Positions 41,300 to 52,063 are shown, counted from the first letter of the stretch. The stretch is DNA of 64,000 bases from Promethearchaeota archaeon (GCA_030599585.1 JAUVNS010000006.1:236430-300429), one strand, 5' to 3'. Made by a program: numbers and translations. Notes: generated by a model from the letters alone, not told the origin.

Positions 41300-42764
41300 T
41301 TATTTTATAATCTTATTCGCTTCATTTATTAATTTTTGATATCTTTCAGAGTTTACACTTCTAACCCAAGATGTCATTCCTGCTATCTCATTTTTTTTTT
41401 CCTTTGGTATTTCTTTACTTGTTTTTAACAGGATATTAGCATTATGAATTGCTGCTCTATAATTTTTAATCCATTTACGTGGTAGTCCTAGTTCCGAATT
41501 ATTTAAAATGATTCCCGTAATTTTTTGTTGATTATTCTTTCTCAAGAAACGAGTTTTGGAATTGTTTATTTCAAAACCCTCTTCCTTTGTAATTTTATAA
41601 ATCAGACCGCAGAATCTTCCTAAATTCACTTCCTTTTGGTCTTTCAATGAAAAACTTAAATCGTCAGCATATCTCGAATAAGTAAGTCCAAATTTATCTG
41701 ATAATCCTTTTAATCTTTTATCTAATCTTTGACATATTATATTGGTAATCATAGGGCTTGCAGGTGAACCTTGTGGTAATATTCTTTTTGTAGTAGCGAC
41801 ATATTTGGTGGTTCCTCTTACTTCAAATTGCCAACCGCTCACAGTAAGTACAGAGCATGGAAAGGAGTGAGGAAATGTGACCAGAATATCCAAATGAATG
41901 AAACATACCCCGAACTCTTTCAAATGTAAGAGTTGGGAAAAAATCTTTTAGGTCCATGTTTAATATTAGAAAAGGCTGTTTAGGATGAGAGTTAGCTCCA
42001 GTTATCACAGACTTACCTTGAATAAATCCATGTGCATATTTTGAGGGAGGAATAATTGATAAAATTTTGTCAAGAATAATCCTCTGTGAGTTTTTTAATA
42101 AAGATTTTGGAGCAGCGATTGACCTCGTCCCTCCAGTTCTTTTAGGAATCTTATATCGATAATAATGATCTATGTCTACCACATCTCGGTGATAGGCAAG
42201 AAATCTAAGTTGCTTAAAATCGATATCGAGAAATCGATTCAGTTCATGTGCATCCTTTATAGTGGGAAGTTCGTTTTTCTTTAGCTTTTCTATATCTGTA
42301 TCAAATCTATAGAGCATTGATGAATAACCCTTCCCAATGAAAACAATTTCTTCTTTTTTTTTCTTTTGCCATGCTTCAGATCTTTCTTGTCTTTCTAACT
42401 CTTTTTGTCTTTTTCTCTCTTCACGCCGCTTAATTGATTCTAGCCACATTTCCTTAGCGATTTCTTTCCGAATCTTATCAATGTCATACGTTCCACCATG
42501 TTCTTTCTTAAGATCCATTAGTTTTTTTTTTATTTTGCGTTTACTTGTATACAGCTCCGTAATCTGCGTAATTAATTTATCTAAGTTATTCATTAATTTC
42601 TGTCTTTTCGTAAAATCCTCATTTGATTCGTTTTCTTGTTGATTATAGGGAGTTGGAAGATTTTTTGGCCAGAAACCATATTCTTGCATTTTCATAAAGG
42701 TAAATTGTTTTTTACCTAGTTGCTGTATTAACCTGCTATAATCACTTTTCGAGCTGTCAGTCAT
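41300..42764 (-). CDS. Retron-type reverse transcriptase with long N-terminal extension, split by a +1 frameshift at ~41825
   Basis: ORF 41823-42764 has IPKRTGGTRSIAAP, AHGF, region-X-like ITGANSH and DLKDFFP. ORF 41300-41923 has LPQGSPASP, YSRYADD and region-Y-like KITG. Removing one T gives a continuous ...CTYCERLAI-EVRGTTKYV... Confidence 0.9.
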
Positions 42765-44538
42765 CTACTCTCATAGCCTCCAATGACGATTCATCGTATC
42801 TTCTATTAGGAATAAGTGGTAATTCTAAATATGTAGAAGCATTAATGTATAAAGCTAAAATATGTTTGCAGGGAGCTGAAATATTTCTTGGACCACGTTT
42901 AAATGCTTTGCATCCACAATTAACCTTAACGATTTGTTTATCTTGATCAAGAGTTACCTCGGTATTAAATGTTTTATCTCGATACTGATATCTTCTACTT
43001 GTTGTTTGTGAAGAACTACTCTCAGCGATAGTTTCGAAATTCGCGGTTAATCTTAAATTGAACCTTTTCTCGGGTTTATTAATCTCATTCAATACATCTC
43101 TTTCTAATTGTGTAGTTTCATACAATTCTCTTGGTAATGGGATGTTTAAAAGTTGCCTATAACGGTAAACTTTACGGTTTAGGTCAAAATATGCCTCTCC
43201 TTTTCGAAATAAACTACCAATACTCGCTCTAATCTCTTGATCACTTGCACTTGATAATTCACTTTTAAGAGTTTCGAGTTCCATAACTCTATTTTTTTTT
43301 AATAAATTCCGCACGTTAGGATCTCCCTCTCCAATAAAACCGCCCATGATATTGAATGCTGTTCCTTTAACCCAATCGTTAGAAGACCATGAGGTAAATC
43401 CAATTGTCATATTTAAGAAGCCTAGATCCGCAACTAAAAAATGAGGCATTCCAAATCCAAATAGTTTTAATTTAAAGGATTTTGAGATCGGAATTATCTT
43501 TTCAACAATCAACCATCTTCTACGGCCCCAGATTCTCTCTATATGCTTTCTTTTTCCAGTATATATTGTAGATAATTCTAATTCCTTTTCCCATGGTTCA
43601 AATATTATCTTTACTCGTTTTTTAGGTTCAAAAACCCACTTCATTGCCCTAGGGCTTTTTCTGGCTTTATTTCGTCTTAAAAATGAACATATATCATATA
43701 AATCTACAGGAGTCAGTTCTATTTCAAATCCGTCTAAACTAGCAGCAGCAGATACTTGATTAAAACCCTTTATCCACGATTCGGGTAAATCTATTTTCTT
43801 TTCCACGTATTCAGGAGTAACCCCTGAATCTACAGTAATTCCTTCAGGATTAATTGACAATTCAACTTCATTATACGTTCGAAACCTCTCCATCTCTTTT
43901 GCGAGTTTTATAGAGAAATCTACATTAGTAGTCCCTAATTTAGGAGTTCCTTTAATTTCAAACTCATCCATTTTCACAGCTAGACATCCATATACTGACT
44001 CATCTAAAGAAAATGCTTCAAAGGAAACTTGATCGGGATGAACTGTTATTACAGGATCTAAAACATACCAGAGAGCCTGATCTCTATTGCGGATATAATG
44101 CCAAAATTGGCTCTCAATTTTATTATAATTCTGCCATATTCCCATATCATTAACTTTACTTTTCAAGCTCATGATTTTAGAGCGGATTTCTAAGATGTTT
44201 TTATCTACATCATCAAGTTGGACTTTTAACGTATCCATATCACCTTGTAATTCCTTCCTCCAAGTTTTTAGAAAACCTTCTTTATGAATCATCCGTTTTT
44301 CAATCTCTTGATTAAACCAGGCAAAAAAATCGCCATAATCTTTTTTCCTAATTCTTGAATCTGATATTACAATCTCTCTTAACATTAACATAGCATCTCT
44401 AAAAATTAATGGGTGCTTCAATCTTCCTACAAATGATACTTTCTCATCTCTAGTAAGATCGGGACTTAGACCGAGAGTTATATAATCCTCAGATTGAAGG
44501 CAAACGGATGGACTTGTATACTGATAACTAATTTCCAT
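42757..44538 (-). CDS. SWIM zinc-finger protein (retron-associated type)
   Basis: C-terminal CGC...PCKH SWIM motif; LDPVITVHPDQVSFEAFSLDES.Y, GTTNVDFS and EKKIDLPESWIKGF blocks; overlaps the RT start by 8 nt. Confidence 0.85.
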   Translation of the reverse strand: MEISYQYTSPSVCLQSEDYITLGLSPDLTRDEKVSFVGRLKHPLIFRDAMLMLREIVISDSRIRKKDYGDFFAWFNQEIEKRMIHKEGFLKTWRKELQGDMDTLKVQLDDVDKNILEIRSKIMSLKSKVNDMGIWQNYNKIESQFWHYIRNRDQALWYVLDPVITVHPDQVSFEAFSLDESVYGCLAVKMDEFEIKGTPKLGTTNVDFSIKLAKEMERFRTYNEVELSINPEGITVDSGVTPEYVEKKIDLPESWIKGFNQVSAAASLDGFEIELTPVDLYDICSFLRRNKARKSPRAMKWVFEPKKRVKIIFEPWEKELELSTIYTGKRKHIERIWGRRRWLIVEKIIPISKSFKLKLFGFGMPHFLVADLGFLNMTIGFTSWSSNDWVKGTAFNIMGGFIGEGDPNVRNLLKKNRVMELETLKSELSSASDQEIRASIGSLFRKGEAYFDLNRKVYRYRQLLNIPLPRELYETTQLERDVLNEINKPEKRFNLRLTANFETIAESSSSQTTSRRYQYRDKTFNTEVTLDQDKQIVKVNCGCKAFKRGPRNISAPCKHILALYINASTYLELPLIPNRRYDESSLEAMRVDD

Positions 44539-47502
44539 TTATATTACCTCCATTTTTATTTTAGCAAGAGCGACCAAGGCTCTTTCAGAATCTTTAATTA
44601 TATTGGATCCTCCGATTTCAAGGAGAATTTCTTCAATAATATCACAGTTTTCTTTATTTCTAAAAACAAACTCGGGAATGAGTTGATAAATCTTATCTTT
44701 ACTTTTGGATTTGAGATTAGGTAAAAATATAAGCGTTTTGATATAATATAAAAAGATTTCACTATTTCCATTTCCTAAATCATCTAAAATCCTATCAATC
44801 TTTTCCGAGATATATGACTTGATATCATGAGAAGCGTGTTCTAACATTTGGATAATTATGTTTTTAGGTAATTTTTCTCCATATATCTCGTCTAACTTGT
44901 TTAATGCATAAGTAATTACTTTTTTTTCAGGAGAATCAATAAGAATTGATAACGTTCTATTAAAAGCTTCTTTAGGTAAACCCTCAAAAACATTAATTGC
45001 GATCTCATTAAGGGTGGCTATTTCAGACTCAAACATTAATTGGAGGGTAGTGTACCGCTCCTTTACTTGATGAGTATTTCTTCTAACCATCTCTATCAAC
45101 GTTCTAACCATTTCTGGCGGCCCTATTTCTAATATTTCTAGAATTTCACTATCAGAGGGCAACAATTTTGTTGAAAGCGCTCTTAGCATATAAAGGATGA
45201 CCATTGAAGGAATTTTAGCTGAAAAATCAATTTCTATTTCCTTAATAATCATCAGTAAATCATCATAAGCAACTGAGAAGATAAGATTCTGCAAATAATC
45301 TGAAGTCCATTCCGGAAGTGTGGACTCATGTATCAGTAGATCTATTATTAAATTTAATAATTTAGCGCGTTCATTCTGTGGTATCTCATTTACTTTGTTG
45401 GTTGATTTATTTAACTGATCTAAGATTTCTTCCGGTAATTCAACTTGTTTCTTAAAGAATGAGTAAATCTTAGCAATTAATGCTTCTACAAATTTAAAAT
45501 AGTCAATTCCCTTTAATTCTCTTATTCGTTCTATTATAAATTCAAACCAATTCTCTACATTATTAAGTAAAAGCAAATCTACAACCATCTCAGGAGTGAT
45601 CTTTCCTTTTGTTCTATCAAAATACGCCCATGCTTGTTCATGCAACGTATTATCAGAACATTCCATAAGAGCAAACATTAAATTATGATCAAATGTGTCA
45701 GCTTTTGTTAGTAAATTTGTTAATTTTTCTCTAAATAGATTTCTTAATCTAACATGCTTTGATAAAGAAAGTTCTACCATCAGTTTGGGGGGTAATTTTC
45801 CTAAAATGTTATCTAGGTCAGAACGAGCATTTATTAAATTAAAGCAGAAATCTAATACGTAATGGACCTCACTTTCGGTTGCGATTTCTAAAACATCAGT
45901 GAAATATTTGTTCCAGAGTTCTAACTTCTTTTGATAGGTGTCAGCGGCTCTAATAGATTTAAAATCGATACTATCAATTCGTGGGGTATCACGATAATAA
46001 GAATAATGACGGGATCTAGAGCGGATACGTGGTGCAGTAGTGTAGTATCTTAGAATCTCATTAATACTATCGGGAATTTGTCGGCCCGAAACTAAATCAT
46101 AAGGCTTATAATTACTAAAAAAAGTTTTCACTGCTAGAATAAATAAATGCTCATCCCCTCGTGCTAATGAATCAAGAGTTCTTCTCACATATCGATGAAT
46201 ATAGTTGTAAAACCCTTGATAACCGCTTGCGAGCATAAAATAGTAGAATTTTGGAGTATCAATGTAGTAAGCAAGGGTTCCGAGTAGATCAGGAGCTTTG
46301 TAGACCTCCGCTTCTTGGATTAGATTCTTAAACATAATGTGATTAAGTCTGAAACCATCACTTATATGGCTAGGGCTAAATTTTAATGTAGGACCGATTG
46401 CTCCCCATTCCTGATCCCCCCACTTTTTTACGTAATCATTATAAGAAGTATTTTTTTCTCGTTTCTCTAAATAACGCCCAGCTCTTCCTCTTGGTTTATT
46501 ACCATGTACAGGGATTAAATCAATTTTAGCAACAATATTTGTAATTTCTTTAATCCTATTTTCTTTTAAAGTAGAATCAATTGAGTTAAGGTATATTTGA
46601 GCACATCTCTTTACACCTTCAGCAAATTTAGGCTCGGACCATCTAAATGTGAAATTAACTATTTTACTTGCTTCTTCTTTTAAAATGGGATTTTTTATTT
46701 TAGCTAACTCTAAGAACAAACCAGATACAACACCCTCACCCCCAATTTCTACTATTTTTTCATATATTGATTTTGGAGGTTTTTTTTCAACAAGATTTCT
46801 TAGGAATTTCTTTCTATTATAGAGACTTTGATTTGACATCAACTCAACGATTAAGTCTAAAAATACCTCGTCAGTTTTACTTAATTTTAATATTTCATTA
46901 GGATCCTTAGCAACCTTAAATTCTCCATTAAATACATCCCCCCTAATTTTATTTACTTTATCACGATAACTTAATTCTTTAAAATAAGGGAGAAAGAATT
47001 GATTTTCAGGACTCAAATTAATAAAGGAAGCTGCTTCTTTCAACTGTATTTCTCTGTAATATCCATGTCTTTGACTCTTATATTGTTTATATAAGCCTTT
47101 TCGATTTACTAGATACGAACGCCCTTTTACACGGCTTCTAGTACTATAATCATAATGTGATGGAGTGAGTAATTTTAAATCTAAAAATGGGGGTAAATGT
47201 TCGTGATTTCCTTGAAGAATAGTATATCCAACATAGTTTACGTCCTCACTCAATAAATTATATTCACCAGGACTTATTTCTGGCTTTAATTCTTCTTTTA
47301 AAGAATCATGATATTTCTCAATATCTTCTTGTGTAATTGTGATTCTACTACCTGAATCAATTTCGTGTGGACCAAAAAGTATAGCGAAACTGGGATTCAT
47401 TTTCTTATCCCAGCCCCAAAGTACTAATTTTCTAGTTGGATTATTTTGTTTTCCCCATCTTCGTCTTATTTGTTGAACTTTATCTATTACTGAATCATCC
47501 AT
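44539..47502 (-). CDS. Large alpha-helical (HEAT/ARM-like) repeat protein
   Basis: 987 aa with a Leu/Glu-rich amphipathic helical C-terminal half (e.g. LIDSPEKKV, MLEHASHDIK); stop codon abuts the SWIM start. Confidence 0.7.
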   Translation of the reverse strand: MDDSVIDKVQQIRRRWGKQNNPTRKLVLWGWDKKMNPSFAILFGPHEIDSGSRITITQEDIEKYHDSLKEELKPEISPGEYNLLSEDVNYVGYTILQGNHEHLPPFLDLKLLTPSHYDYSTRSRVKGRSYLVNRKGLYKQYKSQRHGYYREIQLKEAASFINLSPENQFFLPYFKELSYRDKVNKIRGDVFNGEFKVAKDPNEILKLSKTDEVFLDLIVELMSNQSLYNRKKFLRNLVEKKPPKSIYEKIVEIGGEGVVSGLFLELAKIKNPILKEEASKIVNFTFRWSEPKFAEGVKRCAQIYLNSIDSTLKENRIKEITNIVAKIDLIPVHGNKPRGRAGRYLEKREKNTSYNDYVKKWGDQEWGAIGPTLKFSPSHISDGFRLNHIMFKNLIQEAEVYKAPDLLGTLAYYIDTPKFYYFMLASGYQGFYNYIHRYVRRTLDSLARGDEHLFILAVKTFFSNYKPYDLVSGRQIPDSINEILRYYTTAPRIRSRSRHYSYYRDTPRIDSIDFKSIRAADTYQKKLELWNKYFTDVLEIATESEVHYVLDFCFNLINARSDLDNILGKLPPKLMVELSLSKHVRLRNLFREKLTNLLTKADTFDHNLMFALMECSDNTLHEQAWAYFDRTKGKITPEMVVDLLLLNNVENWFEFIIERIRELKGIDYFKFVEALIAKIYSFFKKQVELPEEILDQLNKSTNKVNEIPQNERAKLLNLIIDLLIHESTLPEWTSDYLQNLIFSVAYDDLLMIIKEIEIDFSAKIPSMVILYMLRALSTKLLPSDSEILEILEIGPPEMVRTLIEMVRRNTHQVKERYTTLQLMFESEIATLNEIAINVFEGLPKEAFNRTLSILIDSPEKKVITYALNKLDEIYGEKLPKNIIIQMLEHASHDIKSYISEKIDRILDDLGNGNSEIFLYYIKTLIFLPNLKSKSKDKIYQLIPEFVFRNKENCDIIEEILLEIGGSNIIKDSERALVALAKIKMEVI

Positions 47503-47610
47503 GATAGTAACTCATTTGGATTTTTATCAATATTTATGTTTTAGATAAAGGTTAATTTAAATTTTACGATGTAAATGTTTTCTAATTTTTGATAGAATAG
47601 AAGTAGGAAG

Positions 47611-48159
47611 TTAAATTCTGACTCTTTTTTCTTGTGAAATGTAATTAAAATTATTTGGCAGCTTGTTCATTATAATTTGTAATTCTTCAAAAGAGATAGG
47701 ATATAATTTATTATTGTCAACTCCAATATCATATTGTTTACCAACGGATTTGAGTTTACCGTGCGAATGACCATATAATTGCCACGCATTAAAATGACTT
47801 TTATTCCAAACCCGCATAGCATAATGGCAAAGAGTAATTGATTGACCTTCAATTTTAATATCTTTAATACGAGACATTGAAGCACAATATTGCTCTGCAA
47901 TTCTTATAACATCACTACTATCATGATTCCCGATAATAAAATGAATTTCAATATTTTTAAATTTTTCAAAAAAAAAATTGGCTTTTTGCTCGTTAAAGGT
48001 CAAATCTCCAAGAATGTATAACACATCCCCAGGAGTAACCTTTTCTTCAAGATTTTTTATTAATACCCTATCCATCTCTTGAATATCCTCAAATGGACGA
48101 CCAGTATATTTGATAATATTTTTATGAGAAAGATGATAGTCAGCTGTAAACCAAATCAA
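47611..48159 (-). CDS. Calcineurin-like metallophosphoesterase
   Basis: DxH (ADYH), GD, GNHD, HY and GHSH motifs. Confidence 0.92.
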   Translation of the reverse strand: MIWFTADYHLSHKNIIKYTGRPFEDIQEMDRVLIKNLEEKVTPGDVLYILGDLTFNEQKANFFFEKFKNIEIHFIIGNHDSSDVIRIAEQYCASMSRIKDIKIEGQSITLCHYAMRVWNKSHFNAWQLYGHSHGKLKSVGKQYDIGVDNNKLYPISFEELQIIMNKLPNNFNYISQEKRVRI

Positions 48160-48449
48160 CGATTTTCACGTTTTTATATAATCTTATTTAAATCTAATAT
48201 ATATCTTTTATTTTTCAGTAATAAATGTTAAGGGTTTTATAACCACTCAATAACAACAAGAGTTAACTTAAGAATCAAACACTCTTTTAGAAGGAAATAC
48301 TTAAAGTTGACAATTCAGTAAAAGCATAGATTTAAATAATATCTAGACAAATTTTTAATTTATAATATTGACAAAAATTAATTCCAATACTATTTAATTT
48401 ACAATTAGGTATTGATATCTAAGTATTAGAGTAAATTGAAAATATCACA

Positions 48450-49226
48450 TTGTTTATAGGTGAAAAAGGGAAGATTATGTTTTGTACAGAATGTGGATAT
48501 AAGGCAATTAAAGGAGATTCAATTTGTAGATATTGTGGAACTCCTTTGAAAATTTCTACAAAAAAAAACGGATATCCAGTTTCATTTACTAATGGTGGAA
48601 TTACATTTAGCTTTAAAACAAATAGTGCTTATCAATTATTTCAAAAAAGTCAAGAATGTTTAACTAGAAAGGATTTTAATGGTTCTCTAGAAATTTTAAA
48701 TAGCGTGTTGAGTAGTGAACCACGAAACCCAACTATACTTTCTCAGATAGGAATAACGTATTTTCTTCTCCGTAATTTCGACAAAGGAGTGGAGTATTGT
48801 AAAAAAGCAATTGAACAGGATTCAACTCAAATTTTACCATTAGAAACTCTCATGGAAGTATACGTAATTGAAGGAAAACCAGAAAAAGTTCAACATTGCT
48901 TTGAAAATTTAAAATCTTTAGGTGCAAAATACGTTTATGTTTTAAATGTAAGAGCGTCCAATTGTTTTAAAGATCAAAAACCTGAATTAGCCATAAATTG
49001 GTGGAAGAAAGCCCTAATTTTTGATCCTTTGAATCAAGAAATTATTTCAAAAGTTAATGCAGTTGCCGAACAAGATTTTATGGACAAACATCTTAAAAAA
49101 TTCGATAACGATTATTCAAAAGCATTAGAATTTTATAAACAAAAGTTAGAAAAGGATCCTAACGATGATTTCTATAAAAGAATGGTTTTATGGGCTGAGA
49201 AACGATCGTTAGGGTTAGAATATTAA
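48450..49226 (+). CDS. Zinc-ribbon plus TPR protein
   Basis: FCTECG...CRYCG followed by TPRs; start probably ATG 48477. Confidence 0.8.
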   Translation: MFIGEKGKIMFCTECGYKAIKGDSICRYCGTPLKISTKKNGYPVSFTNGGITFSFKTNSAYQLFQKSQECLTRKDFNGSLEILNSVLSSEPRNPTILSQIGITYFLLRNFDKGVEYCKKAIEQDSTQILPLETLMEVYVIEGKPEKVQHCFENLKSLGAKYVYVLNVRASNCFKDQKPELAINWWKKALIFDPLNQEIISKVNAVAEQDFMDKHLKKFDNDYSKALEFYKQKLEKDPNDDFYKRMVLWAEKRSLGLEY

Positions 49227-49244
49227 CATTACTACAAAAAAAAG

Positions 49245-51908
49245 GTGGTTTTACTAATTAATACCCATAATTATATGGAAAACTTTCTCAAAGCGATGGA
49301 ACTTGATAGAATGGGAAAATGGGAAGAAGCTCTGGTATATTACGACAAAACTTTAGAATTAAACCCCAATTTTCCCGATGGGTGGGCAGGTAAAGGTTTA
49401 TTGCTTGGAAAACTAAAAAGGGATGAAGAAGAGATTGAATGTTTAGAGAAAGCACTAGATATTGACCCAAATTCAGCTATGATATGGACAATGAAGGGCG
49501 CTGCTTTATTAAAAGTGGGGAGATTTGAAGAATCACTTAAATGTCAACAAAATGCTTTAAATATTGAATCGAATTCATCTATAGCTTGGCTTGGAAAGGG
49601 ATTAGCTTTCTTTGAGTTAAAAAAATTCAATGAAGCAATTGAATGTTTCAATAAAACTTTGGAGTTAGAGCCACATAATAACATGGCTCAAAATAAAAAG
49701 ATACACGCTATGCAATTGATTGGCAGAACTGAAGATCTTGAAAAAATATATGAGGAGACTTTAGTAAAAGATCCTAACTCTATTGAAGCTTTAACTGGAA
49801 AAGCTATTTCGCTTGCAAAGCATGGGAATTATGAGGAGGCAATCAATCTTTTTGATAAAGTTATACATATTGAACCAAATAACATATCCTCCTTAATGAA
49901 TAAAGGCATAATATTAAACGAATTCAGAAGATTTGATGAATCTTTAGTTATGTTTGAGAAAATTTTGAGTTTAAGTCCTAAACTTCCAAGAGCATTACTG
50001 GGAAAAGCCATGGCACTTGATGGGCTTGGAAAGTTTGAAATGTCATTAAACTTTGTAAATAAAGCTTTAGACCTTGATCCAAACGATCGCTTGATTTGGA
50101 TCCAAAAGGGGATCGCCTTATTAAAAAACAAGAAGCCTAATGAAGCTCTCGATTTGTTTAATAAAGTTTTAGAAGAACATCCATTAGACGCCTTAAGTTG
50201 GCATTATAAAGGGATAACGCTTCGAACTATTAAAAAATTTAATGAGGCAAGTGATTGTTTCACAAAAGCTCTGGAGATTGATCCTCGATTAGAAATGGCA
50301 TTAGCGGGAAAAGGTGCTCTAGAGGCAGAACTTGGAAATTTGGAAGAAGCAATTGTGTACTTTGATAAAGCAATACAAATCAAGCCTCTATCCATCCTTA
50401 ATTTTCTGAATAAAGCAGATATATTAACTCGATTAAACAGATATGAAGAAGCGGTGACAACCTATGATAGAGCCTTGAAAATAAACCCAAATCTAGTTGA
50501 TGCTTTATTTCAAAAAGGAAAATTACAGTATAATCTCAATCAATGGGAAAACGCTCTCGTTTGTTTTGATCATTGTTTAAAATTAAGCCCAAATGAGGGA
50601 ACCTTTTTAGATCATAAATGTGCTACGCTAAACCAGCTAAAAAGATATAAAGAAGCTTTAGAGTTCAGTGAAAGAGCACTGGAATTAAATCCAATATCTG
50701 TAGATGCGTTAATAAGCAAAGCTATTGCATTAGGGGAGTTGGATAGGCAAGAAGAAGCAATTCAGTATTTTGACAAAGCTATTGAATTGGATCCTAAATC
50801 TTTAAATGCTTGGTATAATAAGGGGTCTTTATTAGCAAAGTTGGGAAAATATGAAGAAGGTCAAGAGTGTTTTAATCAAGCTCTTAAAATAGATCCAAAT
50901 TATATGCCAGCAAAACATAATATGGGGGTCATGCTTCAAGCCCTTGATAAACCGGATGATTCGTTAAAGTATTTTGACGATGTGCTTGATGACAATCCTG
51001 AATTTTTTGAGGGCTGGCATAATAAAGCTAACACATTCATGCAACTTGGGAAATTTAAGGAAGCAATAGAGTGCCTCGACAAAGCTCTAGAGATCGCCCC
51101 AGATGAAGCTCAAATCTGGTCAAGCAAAGGTATTGCATACGATAGAATGGGTGATCCAGAAAAAGCTCTTATATACCTTAATAAAGCTTTAGATTTAAAC
51201 CCGAAATCTGCAAATGCTTGGCACAACGCAGGAGCAGTGTTAGAATCTTTGGGGAGAACTAAAGACGCAACCGAATGCTACGACAAAGCCTTAGCTATCA
51301 ACCCTAATTATCAAGACGATCCACAAACTACTTCACTTGAATTTTTAAAACCAAAATACGCTGAAGATATCCCGGAGTATTACGATCCATCTTTAAATAT
51401 TCATCCCATTGCCAAAGCCTGGAAATTTAAGGGGTTCAATTTAATTAGAAGTAAAGATTACGAAGAAGCACTAAATAGCTTTGAAAAGGCACTAGAAATA
51501 AACGATTACTATGATAAGGCATGGGAGGGTAAAGGTATTGTTTTTCAACATTTAAATGAGCTTGAAAATGCAATGGAATGTTTTAATAAGGCAATTAGAA
51601 TCAATCCAAATAATATTAAAGCAGCACACTTTAAAGCAACAATCTTAGAGAAATCTGATCAAGTGAGCGAAGCAAAAAACCTATATAATGAAATACTTGA
51701 AAAAGATCCTAATAATGCCGATTCTTGGGTTAACAAAGGTAAAATATTATTTAATGAAGAAAATTATTCGGAAGCGCTTGAATCTTTTAAAAAAGCCACA
51801 CAAATCGATCCACGTTCAAATACAGCTTGGCATTATTTAGGAACTATATATGAAATGAAGGGAGAATACAAAAAAGCTGAAGATAGTTTTTCTAAAATGT
51901 CACGATAA
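49245..51908 (+). CDS. All-TPR scaffold protein (over 20 repeats)
   Basis: Canonical 34-aa W..KG..L..LG..EEA..FDKAL..P repeats throughout. Confidence 0.92.
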   Translation: MVLLINTHNYMENFLKAMELDRMGKWEEALVYYDKTLELNPNFPDGWAGKGLLLGKLKRDEEEIECLEKALDIDPNSAMIWTMKGAALLKVGRFEESLKCQQNALNIESNSSIAWLGKGLAFFELKKFNEAIECFNKTLELEPHNNMAQNKKIHAMQLIGRTEDLEKIYEETLVKDPNSIEALTGKAISLAKHGNYEEAINLFDKVIHIEPNNISSLMNKGIILNEFRRFDESLVMFEKILSLSPKLPRALLGKAMALDGLGKFEMSLNFVNKALDLDPNDRLIWIQKGIALLKNKKPNEALDLFNKVLEEHPLDALSWHYKGITLRTIKKFNEASDCFTKALEIDPRLEMALAGKGALEAELGNLEEAIVYFDKAIQIKPLSILNFLNKADILTRLNRYEEAVTTYDRALKINPNLVDALFQKGKLQYNLNQWENALVCFDHCLKLSPNEGTFLDHKCATLNQLKRYKEALEFSERALELNPISVDALISKAIALGELDRQEEAIQYFDKAIELDPKSLNAWYNKGSLLAKLGKYEEGQECFNQALKIDPNYMPAKHNMGVMLQALDKPDDSLKYFDDVLDDNPEFFEGWHNKANTFMQLGKFKEAIECLDKALEIAPDEAQIWSSKGIAYDRMGDPEKALIYLNKALDLNPKSANAWHNAGAVLESLGRTKDATECYDKALAINPNYQDDPQTTSLEFLKPKYAEDIPEYYDPSLNIHPIAKAWKFKGFNLIRSKDYEEALNSFEKALEINDYYDKAWEGKGIVFQHLNELENAMECFNKAIRINPNNIKAAHFKATILEKSDQVSEAKNLYNEILEKDPNNADSWVNKGKILFNEENYSEALESFKKATQIDPRSNTAWHYLGTIYEMKGEYKKAEDSFSKMSR

Positions 51909-52063
51909 TAGCTCTTTAACCATAAATAAAATTTAAAACAACATTTAAATACGAATGTAATTAATTTCTAGCAAGTCAAAAATCTACGAAACATGAGGTT
52001 AGTGTAATTTCAAAAAAAAAAAAAAAAAAACAATTTGATAGGGCTTCAAAATTAATAGATAAA

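Noticed and set aside
41300-42764. Group II intron or DGR reverse transcriptase
   Set aside because: No maturase/endonuclease domain or intron domain V was seen. It has QG and YADD rather than the DGR SQ motif, and no adenine-specific TR/VR pair was found.
52012-52030. Long poly-A tracts (also ~21637-21653)
   Set aside because: They are intergenic and probably terminator tracts or homopolymer noise; nothing indicates phase variation.
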